Shown here: positions 1 to 9,198 of the stretch, one piece after another
How positions within the stretch are numbered: the stretch's first letter is position 1
Layout of the letters: every line of letters starts with the position of its first letter
DNA from: an uncultured Candidatus Saccharibacteria bacterium
Lineage (GTDB): Bacteria; Patescibacteriota; Minisyncoccia; Phycocordibacterales; UBA12445
DNA: 64,000 bases
Direction of reading: 5' to 3'
Assembly: GCA_964531375.1 (NCBI GenBank)
Contig: CAZHDO010000001.1
Location: 96,879 to 160,878 of the forward strand
Notes under the pieces: model-generated
What the model was told of the DNA's origin: nothing
The model's input: the letters and a program-made list of their open reading frames with translations, nothing else
Database searches by the model: none
Position numbers and translations under genes: made by a program

Positions 1-984
1 GTTGGACCCTTTGACGCAGAGGTTCTAGAAAAAGTTTTTGCGCCAAAATTTACAGCAGAAGATATTGTAAATCTTGGTATGTATCAGATGTATTTATCTT
101 TAATGATAAATGGCGTCGGTTCTACTCCTTTTTCTGCAAAAGGAATGGCGCCAATTGCTCAACCGGAAGTAAAGGTGGTTGACGAAGTGATTGCTTACTC
201 TAGAGCTACTTATGCAAAGCCTCGCGACGTCGTAGAAGAAGAAATCAGAAAGTGGCACGAAGCTCCAATCGTTGAGGGTAAAATTTACGACAAAGTTGCG
301 GTTAAAAAAGAGTTGGATGTGATCAAGAAAGATTACGGAATAAAAGAATTTCCAGCTAAGAAAACTTTTCCTTCCAGTAATAATAATGGAACGTTTAATA
401 AGAATGAAAAAAAAGAATTTACACCAAACGCTTCACAGCAAAAAATCGCGCCAGTTCCAAATATGTCTTATAAAACAAGTACTCCGCCACAGGTAGTTGC
501 GCCGACACCTAAGCCTGTTTCCAATTTACAAAAAACTCTCGAAAAAACAGTGGGTCAGGTTATTGATAGTTCTATTAAAAACAACAAGCCTTTTGTTATT
601 AATATTACATCGAGCACACAAGAAAAAGTTTCGCTAAGTTCGTTAAACAAAGCACCTCAAGAAGACAAAAAATCTACAGGCAAAAATATGGCTGATTTTA
701 AGAGCGTTCTGTCTCAAGTTATGGAGTCAAAGGATAAAAGTTTTTCATTGGGAAAAATAGATGCAAAAAAAGATACTTCAGCTCCAGAGGATAGGGAGGT
801 TGTTATTGAAGACAAGGAGATTGAAACACAAAAGAAACCTATTTCCACTAATCCAGTTATAGATAAAAAGGTAGACGGGACTGAGGTTGTAAAAGAGGTT
901 CCAGAGCATGTATTGAGAAAGATTATTGATAATAAAGAAAGTGAAGATAAGAAAGGTAATGATTCTTTAACGAAAATAAATTAA
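1..984 (+). CDS. hypothetical protein, C-terminal part; the gene starts upstream of the window; K/E/P-rich low-complexity tail
   Basis: Frame 1 is open from base 1 and in frame with the tracked ORF 79..984. No recognisable catalytic motif. Confidence 0.4.
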   Translation, partial: VGPFDAEVLEKVFAPKFTAEDIVNLGMYQMYLSLMINGVGSTPFSAKGMAPIAQPEVKVVDEVIAYSRATYAKPRDVVEEEIRKWHEAPIVEGKIYDKVAVKKELDVIKKDYGIKEFPAKKTFPSSNNNGTFNKNEKKEFTPNASQQKIAPVPNMSYKTSTPPQVVAPTPKPVSNLQKTLEKTVGQVIDSSIKNNKPFVINITSSTQEKVSLSSLNKAPQEDKKSTGKNMADFKSVLSQVMESKDKSFSLGKIDAKKDTSAPEDREVVIEDKEIETQKKPISTNPVIDKKVDGTEVVKEVPEHVLRKIIDNKESEDKKGNDSLTKIN

Positions 985-988
985 TTTT

Positions 989-2194
989 ATGTCAAAGAGA
1001 GTATTGATTTTTTCTCTTGCTTATTATCCAGACCTTATTGGTGGCGCTGAAGTTGCAATAAAAGAAATTACAGACAGGATTCCTGGTAGTGAACTTGAAT
1101 TTGATATGGTCACGTGTTTGTTTAACAGTGAACTTCCAAGACATGAAAAGATTGGTAATATTAATATATACAGAGTCGGTTTCGGAAAAAGTAAACCAAC
1201 ACCCGAAGATCTTTTAAAATTTCCGCTTGTTCTAAATAAATATTTGTTTCCATTTTTTTCCTACGTAAAGGCTGTTGAGCTTAATAAAGTTCGTCACTAT
1301 GATACTACCTGGGCAATGATGGCTAATTATGCAGGTTTTGGGGCAATGTTTTTTAAACTCTTTCACTCAAAAATTTCTTATTTACTTTCTTTACAAGAGG
1401 GTGATCCAGTTGAATATATTAAAAAAAGAGTAAGGTTCGCGTATCCGTTATTTGAGAGAATTTTTACTAAGGCTGACCGAATACAGACCATATCAAACTA
1501 TCTTGCAGGTTTTGCAAAAGAGATGGGATACAAGGGTGAAATAGAAGTTATTCCAAACGGAGTTGATATAGAAAAATTTTCCAAAAAATACTCTGAAGAG
1601 GAGTTGGATAATATAAAACATAAATTAGGCAAAAGGACGGGAGACGTTTTTATTGTAACTGCTTCAAGGTTGGTGAAAAAAAATGCGATTTCCGATGTTA
1701 TAAATTCACTTTTATTTTTGCCGAATAATTATAAATTTATAATTTTAGGCTCAGGTCCAGATCTTAATATTTTAAAGAAATTAGTAGAAAGCGAAAAACT
1801 TAATTCCAGGGTAAAATTTTTAGGTTTAATTGCTTACAGTGAACTTCCTGGATATTTAAAAGCATCTGATATTTTTATACGACCCTCTTTGTCAGAGGGG
1901 ATGGGTAATTCCTTTGTGGAAGCCATGGCTGCTGAAATACCCGTAATTGCAACGCCAGTCGGGGGTATTGTTGATTTTCTTTTTGATCCTGATAAAAACA
2001 AAGACAAAAAACCAACTGGGTTATTTTGTGATGTTAGTGACCCTAAAAGTATTTCCGAAAAGGTTTTAAAAATAACAAAAGAACCGGAACTTAAAAATAA
2101 ATTGGTTAGGAACGCAAAAGAATTAGTAGCTGAAAAATATAATTGGAACATTATAGCGCAAGATATGTTAAGGTTATTTAAGGAGATATGTTAA
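989..2194 (+). CDS. glycosyltransferase family 4 (GT1-fold)
   Basis: C-terminal EGMGNSFVEAMAAEIPVIATPVGG motif (EX7E-type), typical of group 1 glycosyltransferases. Confidence 0.8.
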   Translation: MSKRVLIFSLAYYPDLIGGAEVAIKEITDRIPGSELEFDMVTCLFNSELPRHEKIGNINIYRVGFGKSKPTPEDLLKFPLVLNKYLFPFFSYVKAVELNKVRHYDTTWAMMANYAGFGAMFFKLFHSKISYLLSLQEGDPVEYIKKRVRFAYPLFERIFTKADRIQTISNYLAGFAKEMGYKGEIEVIPNGVDIEKFSKKYSEEELDNIKHKLGKRTGDVFIVTASRLVKKNAISDVINSLLFLPNNYKFIILGSGPDLNILKKLVESEKLNSRVKFLGLIAYSELPGYLKASDIFIRPSLSEGMGNSFVEAMAAEIPVIATPVGGIVDFLFDPDKNKDKKPTGLFCDVSDPKSISEKVLKITKEPELKNKLVRNAKELVAEKYNWNIIAQDMLRLFKEIC

Positions 2195-2235
2195 AAAAGT
2201 TTTACAGAAAAATAAATATTAAGATGGAGGAGAAA

Positions 2236-3777
2236 ATGCCGAGTGCCTATCTCTTTATGTATAAGAATCGACTTTTTGTTAAGTATCTTATTTCCGGCTT
2301 TTTTGCTGCCTTTGTTGATTTGTCGTCTTTGTATCTTTTAACCGAGTATGTTTTTAGTCCAAGGTTATATTTAGTATCTGTTGTTTTTGCTTTTATTTTT
2401 GCCTTTATGGCAAGCTTTTCTTTGCAGAAATTTTGGACATTTAAAGATAACTCAACCAAGCAGATGGGTCTTCAGGTTTTTATTTACTTTTTGGTTGCAG
2501 TTGCAAATCTTGCACTAAACTTATTTGTTATTTTTGTCCTTGTTGAGGTTTTTGATCTTTGGTATTTCTTTGCTCAGGTTGTGGCAGGTATTCTTCTCGC
2601 TGGTGTAAGTTTTGTTTTGTATAATCGTTTCGTTTTTAAACACTCTTTGGTGGTTAAGGGGAGTGTGCTTTTGGCCTGCGGAATATTTCCTCCAGACGTT
2701 GGTGGTCCAGCTACACATAATTTAAGATTTTTGAAAGGTTTGAATGATAGAGGTATTAAGACTGGTGTTGTTACATATTCTGATGTTAAGAAAAGTAATA
2801 TAAACGATAGTTCCTATGAAGTAGAAAGAGTTTCCAGAAAATATCTTTTTGGAATAAGACATCTAATATTTTTTTTCCGTCTATTAATTTCTTCTTTAAA
2901 ATATGAGATTATTTATGCTCAGGATATTACGGCCACTGGTGTTCCGGCTACAATTGTCGCTTTTTTATTTAAGAAAAGATTTTTCTTAAGAATTGGTGGT
3001 GATATTTTATGGGAAAGGATTGCGGAAAGTGGTAGAACAAACCTTTCAGTTGTTAATTTTTACAAAGAAAATAAGCATCTAAAATATTATCTTTACCATA
3101 TAGGTCAATCTGTATTAATGAAGGCCGAAAAGATAATTGTCCCAACTGATTTATTGGCGAATATTTATGAAAATTATTACGGAATACCAGAGAATAAAAT
3201 TATAGTTATTCCAAACCCATTACAGGTTGTTCAAAAAAGTGAAAATGTGGTCATAGAAAAAAATATTTTATTTGCTGGACGTTTTGTTAAATATAAGAAT
3301 TTACAAAGGCTGATTATTGCTTTTGCTAATATTTATAATGAAATCAAGCCTGCCAAGTTGGTATTGGTGGGTGAGGGGCCTGAAAAAAGAGATTTAGTTA
3401 GGCTTACAAAAAAACTTAATATCAAAAATCAAGTTTTGTTCAAGGATAAAATGAACCAGAATGGATTAATGAAAGAAATTGAAAGTAGCTCACTTTGTAT
3501 TGGTCCAGCTCTTACTGAGTTTAATCCAAATTTTATCTTGGAGTGTTTGTCTCTTGAGAAGCCAGTTTTGTTAACAAAAGAAAATGGATTATCTATTAAA
3601 TTACCACCCAGATTTTTATTGGATCCTGACGATATAAAAGACATGGAAAATCGTATTATTGACCTGCTTTCTTTAGGTGGTAGGGCAAATCAAGAATTAT
3701 TGAATTCGATAAAGAGTTCAAAAGTATTATCTTGGGACGGGATAATAGACGAACACATAAAAATATTTAATCAGTAA
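2236..3777 (+). CDS. GtrA-like membrane domain fused to a group 1 glycosyltransferase domain
   Basis: N-terminal FVKYLISGFFAAFVDLSSLYLL with four predicted TM helices (GtrA-like), followed by a GT-B fold region. Tracked ORF starts at 2188; start 2236 is preferred because GGAGG lies 5 nt upstream. Confidence 0.65.
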   Translation: MPSAYLFMYKNRLFVKYLISGFFAAFVDLSSLYLLTEYVFSPRLYLVSVVFAFIFAFMASFSLQKFWTFKDNSTKQMGLQVFIYFLVAVANLALNLFVIFVLVEVFDLWYFFAQVVAGILLAGVSFVLYNRFVFKHSLVVKGSVLLACGIFPPDVGGPATHNLRFLKGLNDRGIKTGVVTYSDVKKSNINDSSYEVERVSRKYLFGIRHLIFFFRLLISSLKYEIIYAQDITATGVPATIVAFLFKKRFFLRIGGDILWERIAESGRTNLSVVNFYKENKHLKYYLYHIGQSVLMKAEKIIVPTDLLANIYENYYGIPENKIIVIPNPLQVVQKSENVVIEKNILFAGRFVKYKNLQRLIIAFANIYNEIKPAKLVLVGEGPEKRDLVRLTKKLNIKNQVLFKDKMNQNGLMKEIESSSLCIGPALTEFNPNFILECLSLEKPVLLTKENGLSIKLPPRFLLDPDDIKDMENRIIDLLSLGGRANQELLNSIKSSKVLSWDGIIDEHIKIFNQ

Positions 3778-3816
3778 AATAATTTTAGTATCTTGGAATA
3801 AAATTTATAATTATAT

Positions 3817-4968
3817 ATGGATATTACCTTGAGAAAAATAAATGTTTTGTTTATTGGTAGTGATATGAAGATATTCGAAGAGGGTAGTGACGCTAATAGG
3901 CGAATGAAAGAATATGGAACCTTGGCCAACCGCTTAGATATTGCTGTTTATAATGGAAATATTTTTATGGGAAGCGAAGACGATGCCTATAAAGTGTCTT
4001 CTAACGTTTTTGCTTATCCAAGAGCTTTGTGGGGGTTGTTTTCTTTGTTTAAGATTAGAACCTGGAGGCTTTCTTTTGTTTTAAATCACAAAATAGATTT
4101 AGTGTCTCCCCAAGATCCTTTTGTTTTTGGTTTTTTGGGTTATGCGATAGCAAGGTGGCTTGGGGTACCATTACAACTACAGGTTCATACAGACCTACTA
4201 AGTCCATATTTTAGAAAGGAATCCCTAAAGAACAGAATCTATGTTTTTATTGCTAAATATCTTTTACCCAGAGCAAATGGTATTAGGGTTGTTTCAAACA
4301 AAATAAAAGAATCGATTGTAAAGGAAATTAAATTAAAAGTAGAACCAGAAGTTTTGCCAATTTGGATTAATACCGAAACTACCAAAATTTCACAGGTCAA
4401 GACAGATCTAAGAAAAAAATATCCGCAATTTGAAAATATAATTTTAATGGCATCAAGAATTACTGTTGAAAAAAATATTTCAATGGCGATTGAGGTTGTT
4501 GGAAATATTATAAAAAAGTTTAATAAGACAGGTTTAATAATTGTCGGAGAAGGTCCTTTGAAAAAGAAATTTGAAGAAGAAGTTTTGAATTTTGGTTTAG
4601 AAAAGAATGTTATTTTTGAACCATGGTCAGATGATCTACCTTCTTATTATAGGACTGCTGATATATTTTTGAATACATCAAACTATGAAGGTTATGGTAG
4701 GACGATTGTAGAAGCTCTGGCTGTTGGAACCCCAGTGATTACAACAGATGTTGGGTGTGCCGAAGAAGTAATTCAAAATAAAAAAAATGGTTATATAATT
4801 CCAGTTAATGGAAAAGATGAACTTCTTGATTGTTTAAATGAATTTATTGGAGATAAAAAAATAAAAGAAGAGATGAAGAAAGCTGTTAAGGATATAGGTT
4901 TAAAACTAATGTCAAAAAATGAATATTTGGATGGATATCTAAAGGGGTGGCTAGATTCTCTTAAATAA
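3817..4968 (+). CDS. glycosyltransferase family 4
   Basis: EGYGRTIVEALAVGTPVITTDVGCAEEVI motif. Confidence 0.8.
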   Translation: MDITLRKINVLFIGSDMKIFEEGSDANRRMKEYGTLANRLDIAVYNGNIFMGSEDDAYKVSSNVFAYPRALWGLFSLFKIRTWRLSFVLNHKIDLVSPQDPFVFGFLGYAIARWLGVPLQLQVHTDLLSPYFRKESLKNRIYVFIAKYLLPRANGIRVVSNKIKESIVKEIKLKVEPEVLPIWINTETTKISQVKTDLRKKYPQFENIILMASRITVEKNISMAIEVVGNIIKKFNKTGLIIVGEGPLKKKFEEEVLNFGLEKNVIFEPWSDDLPSYYRTADIFLNTSNYEGYGRTIVEALAVGTPVITTDVGCAEEVIQNKKNGYIIPVNGKDELLDCLNEFIGDKKIKEEMKKAVKDIGLKLMSKNEYLDGYLKGWLDSLK

Positions 4969-5011
4969 TGTAGAATGTTTAAATTATTATTTAATTAATA
5001 AAAATAAAGAT

Positions 5012-5557
5012 ATGTTTATATTTGGCATAATATTATTGTTTATTTTATACACTATTTATAGCTATAACGGTTTTGTGGTTATTGTTAACCGTGCAAAAGA
5101 GGCTTGGGCAGATATAGATGTTCAGCTGAAGAGAAGATACGATCTTATCCCTAATTTGGTAAATACTGTAAAAGGTTTTGCAACTCAGGAAAAAGGTGTT
5201 TTTGAGAATGTTGCAAAGGCTCGAGCTGTCGCTATGGGTGCGTCTACTCCAGCTGAGAAGGGGGCTGCAGAGGCTTCATTGTCTGGAACTCTTAAGACAT
5301 TGTTTGCTGTTTCTGAGGCGTATCCTGAACTTAAGTCAAATGAGAATTTTTTGGAATTACAAAGAGAGCTTTCCGATACAGAAGATAAAATTCAGGCAGC
5401 AAGAAGATTCTATAACGGAAATGTTCGCGATTTAAATACAGCAGTAGAAGTATTTCCAGGAAATGTAATTGCAAATATGTTTGGTTTTTCTAAGATGGAA
5501 TTCTTTGAACTTGAAGCAGGAAGTGCCGAAAGAGAAGTTGTTGAAGTAAAATTTTAA
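5012..5557 (+). CDS. lemA: LemA family protein
   Basis: N-terminal TM helix then VNRAKEAWADIDVQLKRRYDLIPNLV...ARRFYNG, the LemA signature. Confidence 0.85.
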   Translation: MFIFGIILLFILYTIYSYNGFVVIVNRAKEAWADIDVQLKRRYDLIPNLVNTVKGFATQEKGVFENVAKARAVAMGASTPAEKGAAEASLSGTLKTLFAVSEAYPELKSNENFLELQRELSDTEDKIQAARRFYNGNVRDLNTAVEVFPGNVIANMFGFSKMEFFELEAGSAEREVVEVKF

Positions 5558-5570
5558 TTTAATATAAAAT

Positions 5571-5604
5571 AAAAAACAGCGACCACAATGGTTGCTGTTT
5601 TTTA
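5571..5604 (+). terminator. rho-independent terminator hairpin after lemA
   Basis: AAAAAACAGCGACCACAATGGTTGCTGTTTTTT: a GC stem followed by a T-run. Confidence 0.7.
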
Positions 5605-5977
5605 ATACAAAAAATTGGCAAGTGAAAAGCCCCCTTCAGATGAATGAATGGGGGCTTGCGGAGTGAGGTGAAGCTAATCTATGTAATGAATGTCTTGGGA
5701 GACACTCTTGTTTTGCGTTATGCAGTGATTGTTTGTGAGACAATCGTTTTTTTTTCTGAGAAATGAATTTCACAGAAGAAGGTGCAATAAAGCAAAAAAT
5801 AGATTTTTTTTCTTGAAGAACTCAAGAAAATTTGAAGCTTTCACCTCGGCTTTAAATGTCAATGAACTCACTTAACAAATACATTATATCACCAAGATAA
5901 AATAATACAAGTTTAAAATTAAAAACAGGCTTCTGTGTGTTTTATTTTTTTTATTTATTCGCTATACTTATAAATAT

Positions 5978-6856
5978 ATGATTTACAACGAACAGGATAA
6001 AAACACTAGGAAAACATGGTTGTTAATGACCCTTTTCTTGGTATTTATAATTTTATTTACATGGGTTTTGGCTCAAGTTTATAATAACTCTTTTATTCTT
6101 TATTTTGGTGTTATTTTTTCTATTGGTTCTAATTTTCTTAGTTACTGGTATTCGGACAAAATTGTTCTTTCGATGTCGGGGGCCATACCAGCTGACAGGG
6201 AGAATTATTTTGATTTATATACAGTTGTTGAGAATCTCTCTATTACAGCTGGTTTACCAAAGCCGAAAGTTTACATAATAAATGATTCGGCTCCGAATGC
6301 GTTTGCAACGGGTCGTGATAAGGAACACGCGGTTGTTTGTGTCACAAGCGGACTTTTAAATATTCTAAATCGAACTGAGCTAGAAGGCGTTATTGCTCAC
6401 GAACTTTCCCATATAGGCAATAGGGACATTTTACTTTCTACCATTGTAGTTGTTTTGGTTGGTTTTGTTTCGATCGCTTCTGACTGGTTTTTGAGATCAG
6501 GCTTCAGAAGAAGCGATGATCGAGAAAGTAATAGTGGTTTATGGTTGATTCTTGGAATTGTTTTTGCAATACTTTCGCCGATAGTTACAAATCTTATCCA
6601 TTTAGCCATCTCAAGAAAAAGAGAATATTTAGCAGATGCTTCTGGTGCACTTCTAACAAGATATCCAGAAGGGCTTGCAAGCGCTTTGGAAAAAATAGGT
6701 GGATATTCTGGAGGTTTAAAAACAGCCAGTAATGCAACCGCGCATCTTTTTATTTCGAATCCTTTTGGAAATGTGACAAAGGGGATTGGTAATCTTTTTC
6801 AAACACACCCACCGATTGAAGAAAGGGTAAAAATTCTAAGAGGAATGGATTTGTAA
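5978..6856 (+). CDS. htpX: HtpX-like zinc metalloprotease (peptidase M48)
   Basis: HELSHIGNRD HExxH motif and TM helices. The LemA-HtpX pairing is common. Confidence 0.85.
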   Translation: MIYNEQDKNTRKTWLLMTLFLVFIILFTWVLAQVYNNSFILYFGVIFSIGSNFLSYWYSDKIVLSMSGAIPADRENYFDLYTVVENLSITAGLPKPKVYIINDSAPNAFATGRDKEHAVVCVTSGLLNILNRTELEGVIAHELSHIGNRDILLSTIVVVLVGFVSIASDWFLRSGFRRSDDRESNSGLWLILGIVFAILSPIVTNLIHLAISRKREYLADASGALLTRYPEGLASALEKIGGYSGGLKTASNATAHLFISNPFGNVTKGIGNLFQTHPPIEERVKILRGMDL

Positions 6857-6859
6857 ACT

Positions 6860-7087
6860 TTAGTCACCAATATATTTAAATCTCGGAATTTTTTCGCCAT
6901 TAATTTCGACATGCTCTGTGAACATGCTAAGTGGTCTTACCCAGATAGCGTTTGTTCCGAATTCTTTCGATTCATAGAGCGCTTTATAAACCACAAGCGA
7001 TTCTAGGGTTTCGCTATGGTGGGTGAGACCGATTACTTCATATTCTTTACCTTTGTAGTGTTTATATTTTCCGGGTTTTGGGAACAT
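6860..7087 (-). CDS. DUF1653 family protein
   Basis: YKHYKGKEYEVIGLTHHSETLESLVVYKALY...WVRPLSMF matches the DUF1653 pattern. Confidence 0.6.
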   Translation of the reverse strand: MFPKPGKYKHYKGKEYEVIGLTHHSETLESLVVYKALYESKEFGTNAIWVRPLSMFTEHVEINGEKIPRFKYIGD

Positions 7088-7094
7088 TGTTTTA

Positions 7095-7697
7095 TTATAT
7101 CTTCCTCGCGAAAATTTCCATGTGTCTTTTTGTTGTGAGACGATTGAATTCTATTATTTTAAAACCGTGATTTATGATTAGATTTTTAAAAGAATCTGGA
7201 GTAAGTCTTTTTTTGAGTATTTTAATAACATCAGCATCGTAAGCTTCGTAATCTTTTTCTTCGTCGCTTATTGCAGAGGTAATATAAAGAATACCCTCTT
7301 TTTTAAGTGAATTATTAAATATATTTAGAATGTCATCTTGCTCTGCGATAGAAATATGATGGAATACCGCCGAGCACCATATGCCGTCGTATTTTTTTTC
7401 TTTTGATAAATCTTTTAGGTTAAGAATCGCAAAGGCTGCTTTTGGGGCATATTTCTTTGAAAGCTTAATCATTTCCTCTGATCCATCAATACCAGTAACC
7501 GAGCAATTATTTTCAGATAAAAATTTTGAATCCTGGCCCCCGCCACAACCTGCGTCTAAAACATTGGCTTTGGGTGGAAGAAGGCCTAGGAACTTTTTTA
7601 GTGAAGGAAGTGCGTGGTGTTGGTCATAGCCAAATTTTTTAGCATATTCGTAAGCTGTTTCATTAAAGGCTTCTATGACTGTTTTTTGTTTTGTCAT
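7095..7697 (-). CDS. class I SAM-dependent methyltransferase
   Basis: VLDAGCGGGQDSKFL motif I (GxGxG). Confidence 0.8.
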   Translation of the reverse strand: MTKQKTVIEAFNETAYEYAKKFGYDQHHALPSLKKFLGLLPPKANVLDAGCGGGQDSKFLSENNCSVTGIDGSEEMIKLSKKYAPKAAFAILNLKDLSKEKKYDGIWCSAVFHHISIAEQDDILNIFNNSLKKEGILYITSAISDEEKDYEAYDADVIKILKKRLTPDSFKNLIINHGFKIIEFNRLTTKRHMEIFARKI

Positions 7698-7741
7698 GTT
7701 CTAGACATATTATCAAATTAATTTTAATTATAAAAATTTTT

Positions 7742-7856
7742 CAAGAGAGATTTGGTCATAGATAATTTTTCTGCGAAAAATTTCTACAACCCTGACTCAG
7801 CTTCCTTTCTTGTAGAAAGGGGCCCGCTTCCGTCTTTCGAATCTTGATTTTTGCGC
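7742..7856 (-). repeat. tRNA-3'-linked module, A-type (GGGCCCCTTTCTACAAGAAAGG core), distal copy downstream of tRNA-Ser(GGA)
   Basis: Minus-strand reading: CAAGATTCGAAAGACGGAAGCGGGCCCCTTTCTACAAGAAAGGAAGCTGAGTCAGGGTTG...GTGACCAAATCTCTC. Nearly identical to the cores at 22021-22075, 49640-49700 and 43300-43350(-). Confidence 0.8.
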
Positions 7857-7923
7857 TACAAAAATCATGTCGTAAGATTTCTGCAATAAAATTTCAAGAA
7901 ATTTACGACCAAACCTCTCGGCG

Positions 7924-7969
7924 CAACGACAAACCGTCTAAATGTTTGCACATTTAGACGGGTCGTTTG
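7924..7969 (-). terminator. hairpin between the two modules
   Basis: CAAACGACCCGTCTAAATGTGCAAACATTTAGACGGGTTTGTCGTTG: a long perfect inverted repeat. Confidence 0.5.
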
Positions 7970-8120
7970 CGGAGGGTGAGATTCGGCTTCGACTAAAATT
8001 TTCTTCCGAAAATTTTGTCTAGCCACCGCCTTGCTATTTTGTTCGCCAGATGCTCACAAAATTATAGCTCCAGCGTTCGAATCTCTCGCGCAGGCAAAGC
8101 AGTTTGCCTACTACCCTCCG
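7970..8120 (-). repeat. tRNA-3'-linked module, B-type (GCAAACTGCTTTGC loop inside a mirror copy of the tRNA 3' half), proximal to tRNA-Ser(GGA)
   Basis: Minus strand reads CGGAGGGT (rc of the acceptor 3' strand), then AGTAGGCAAACTGCTTTGCCTGCGC, then GAGAGATTCGAAC (rc of the T-arm). It ends with CCGAATCTCACCCTCCG, a direct copy of the tRNA 3' end. Confidence 0.8.
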
Positions 8121-8125
8121 TTCAA

Positions 8126-8151
8126 TAAAATCACCGCTTTTGGCGGGATTT
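8126..8151 (-). terminator. hairpin immediately 3' of tRNA-Ser(GGA)
   Basis: AAAATCCCGCCAAAAGCGGTGATTTT on the minus strand. Confidence 0.5.
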
Positions 8152-8159
8152 TAAACGAA

Positions 8160-8246
8160 CGGAGGGTGAGAGATTCGAACTCTCGGGGCGATTTCTCACC
8201 CACAGTCTTTCCAGGACTGCGCACTAGACCACTATGCGAACCCTCC
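8160..8246 (-). tRNA. tRNA-Ser (anticodon GGA), type II with long variable arm; CCA not encoded
   Basis: rc folds as acceptor GGAGGGT/ACCCTCC, anticodon arm CAGTC-CTGGAAA-GACTG, T-arm GAGAG-TTCGAAT-CTCTC, discriminator G. Confidence 0.8.
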
Positions 8247-8486
8247 AATATTATATTTTTTCTTTATCTTTTCTCTTTTATAACCTTTCTTATGTTCCTT
8301 TTCAATGACAACTGAATCTTTCTCGCTATCTGTTTTTGTTATTTCAAGAATTTTAAACGGTCTTCTTGATTTTGTGGAGGAAACTCTGCCATTGTTATGT
8401 TCAGATAACCGTCTTTCTAAATTATTGGTTCTGCCTATATAAAGTCCTTTGTCTTTATCGCTTTGAATTATATATATGTAGAACAT
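8232..8486 (-). CDS. GIY-YIG domain nuclease, small single-domain (COG2827/YhbQ-like)
   Basis: FYIYIIQSDKDKGLYIGRTNNLERRLSEHNNG contains the GIY...YIG...R...E...N motif order. The last 15 nt, including the stop, are the first 15 nt of tRNA-Ser. Confidence 0.75.
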   Translation of the reverse strand: MFYIYIIQSDKDKGLYIGRTNNLERRLSEHNNGRVSSTKSRRPFKILEITKTDSEKDSVVIEKEHKKGYKREKIKKKYNIGGFA

Positions 8487-8489
8487 TAT

Positions 8490-8545
8490 CGCACTGCTTT
8501 ACTAGACCCATGCCTGCCGGCAGGCAGGACTATGCGAACCCTTCA
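8490..8545 (-). repeat. partial duplicate of the tRNA-Ser(GGA) 5' segment, interrupted by a palindrome
   Basis: Minus strand: GAAGGGTTCGCATAGT, then CCTGCCTGCCGGCAGGCATGG, then GTCTAGT. Compare the tRNA 5' end GGAGGGTTCGCATAGTGGTCTAGTG. Confidence 0.65.
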
Positions 8546-8694
8546 ATATTTTAATACTATATACAAAATACTTGATACTTAATACTCGCTCAATAGGATA
8601 ATATAAATTATCTTTTATGCCAATAGCAGATTGAATATTTTAAAATGCTATAATATTTTTCAATATAGATATTGTTTGTTTAATTTAAATAAAA

Positions 8695-9102
8695 ATGGAT
8701 AAAATAATTTGGAAAATAGAATATAGCGTTGGTGTAAAGGAGATAGATGAACAACATCAGCACTTTTTCAGTGTTTTAAATGAATTGTATATATCTCAAT
8801 ATGCGAACAAAGAGAAAGAGTGGATGTTACATATTTTTGAACAGCTGGATGGTTACATAAGATTTCATTTTGCTACGGAAGAGAAATATTTTGATGAAAT
8901 AAAATATGAATATTCTGATCAGCATAAAAAGAGTCATCATGAGTTTATAAACAAAATAGAAAGTCTTAAGCAGGGTTTTGAGGACGGTAAAACAAATGTT
9001 GCTGAATCACTAGCAACTTATCTTGAAGATTGGTTTGTTAACCACATAGATAAGGCGGATAAAAAGTATACCGATATTTTTCACAAGAATAATATTTATT
9101 AA
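8695..9102 (+). CDS. hemerythrin-like metal-binding protein (bacteriohemerythrin)
   Basis: H-x3-H...E...H...H-x4-D ligand spacing: DEQHQHFF, HFATEEKYF, HKKSHHEF, NHIDKAD. Confidence 0.75.
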   Translation: MDKIIWKIEYSVGVKEIDEQHQHFFSVLNELYISQYANKEKEWMLHIFEQLDGYIRFHFATEEKYFDEIKYEYSDQHKKSHHEFINKIESLKQGFEDGKTNVAESLATYLEDWFVNHIDKADKKYTDIFHKNNIY

Positions 9103-9198
9103 TTTTTTAAAAATAACCTATTAATAGGTAGTGGAAAAATTCGGCTTGTTCGTGTTAGTATTAAATATACAGTTTATAAACAAGATAATTTAATAAAA

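Noticed and set aside
1-984. Assigning the first partial gene to a VirB4/VirD4-type secretion ATPase.
   Set aside because: Only a vague resemblance from memory of the segment NLGMYQMYLSLMINGVGSTPFSA. No Walker motif is in the window. Left as hypothetical.
1834-2151. Antisense or overlapping short ORFs inside confidently called genes (for example 1834..2151-, 5178..5435+, 7381..7629+, 11170..11715-, 33251..33597+, 34332..35507+, 52902..53894+, 59006..59440+).
   Set aside because: Fully nested in or opposite to genes with clear conserved motifs. Low-complexity or hydrophobic translations typical of antisense frames.
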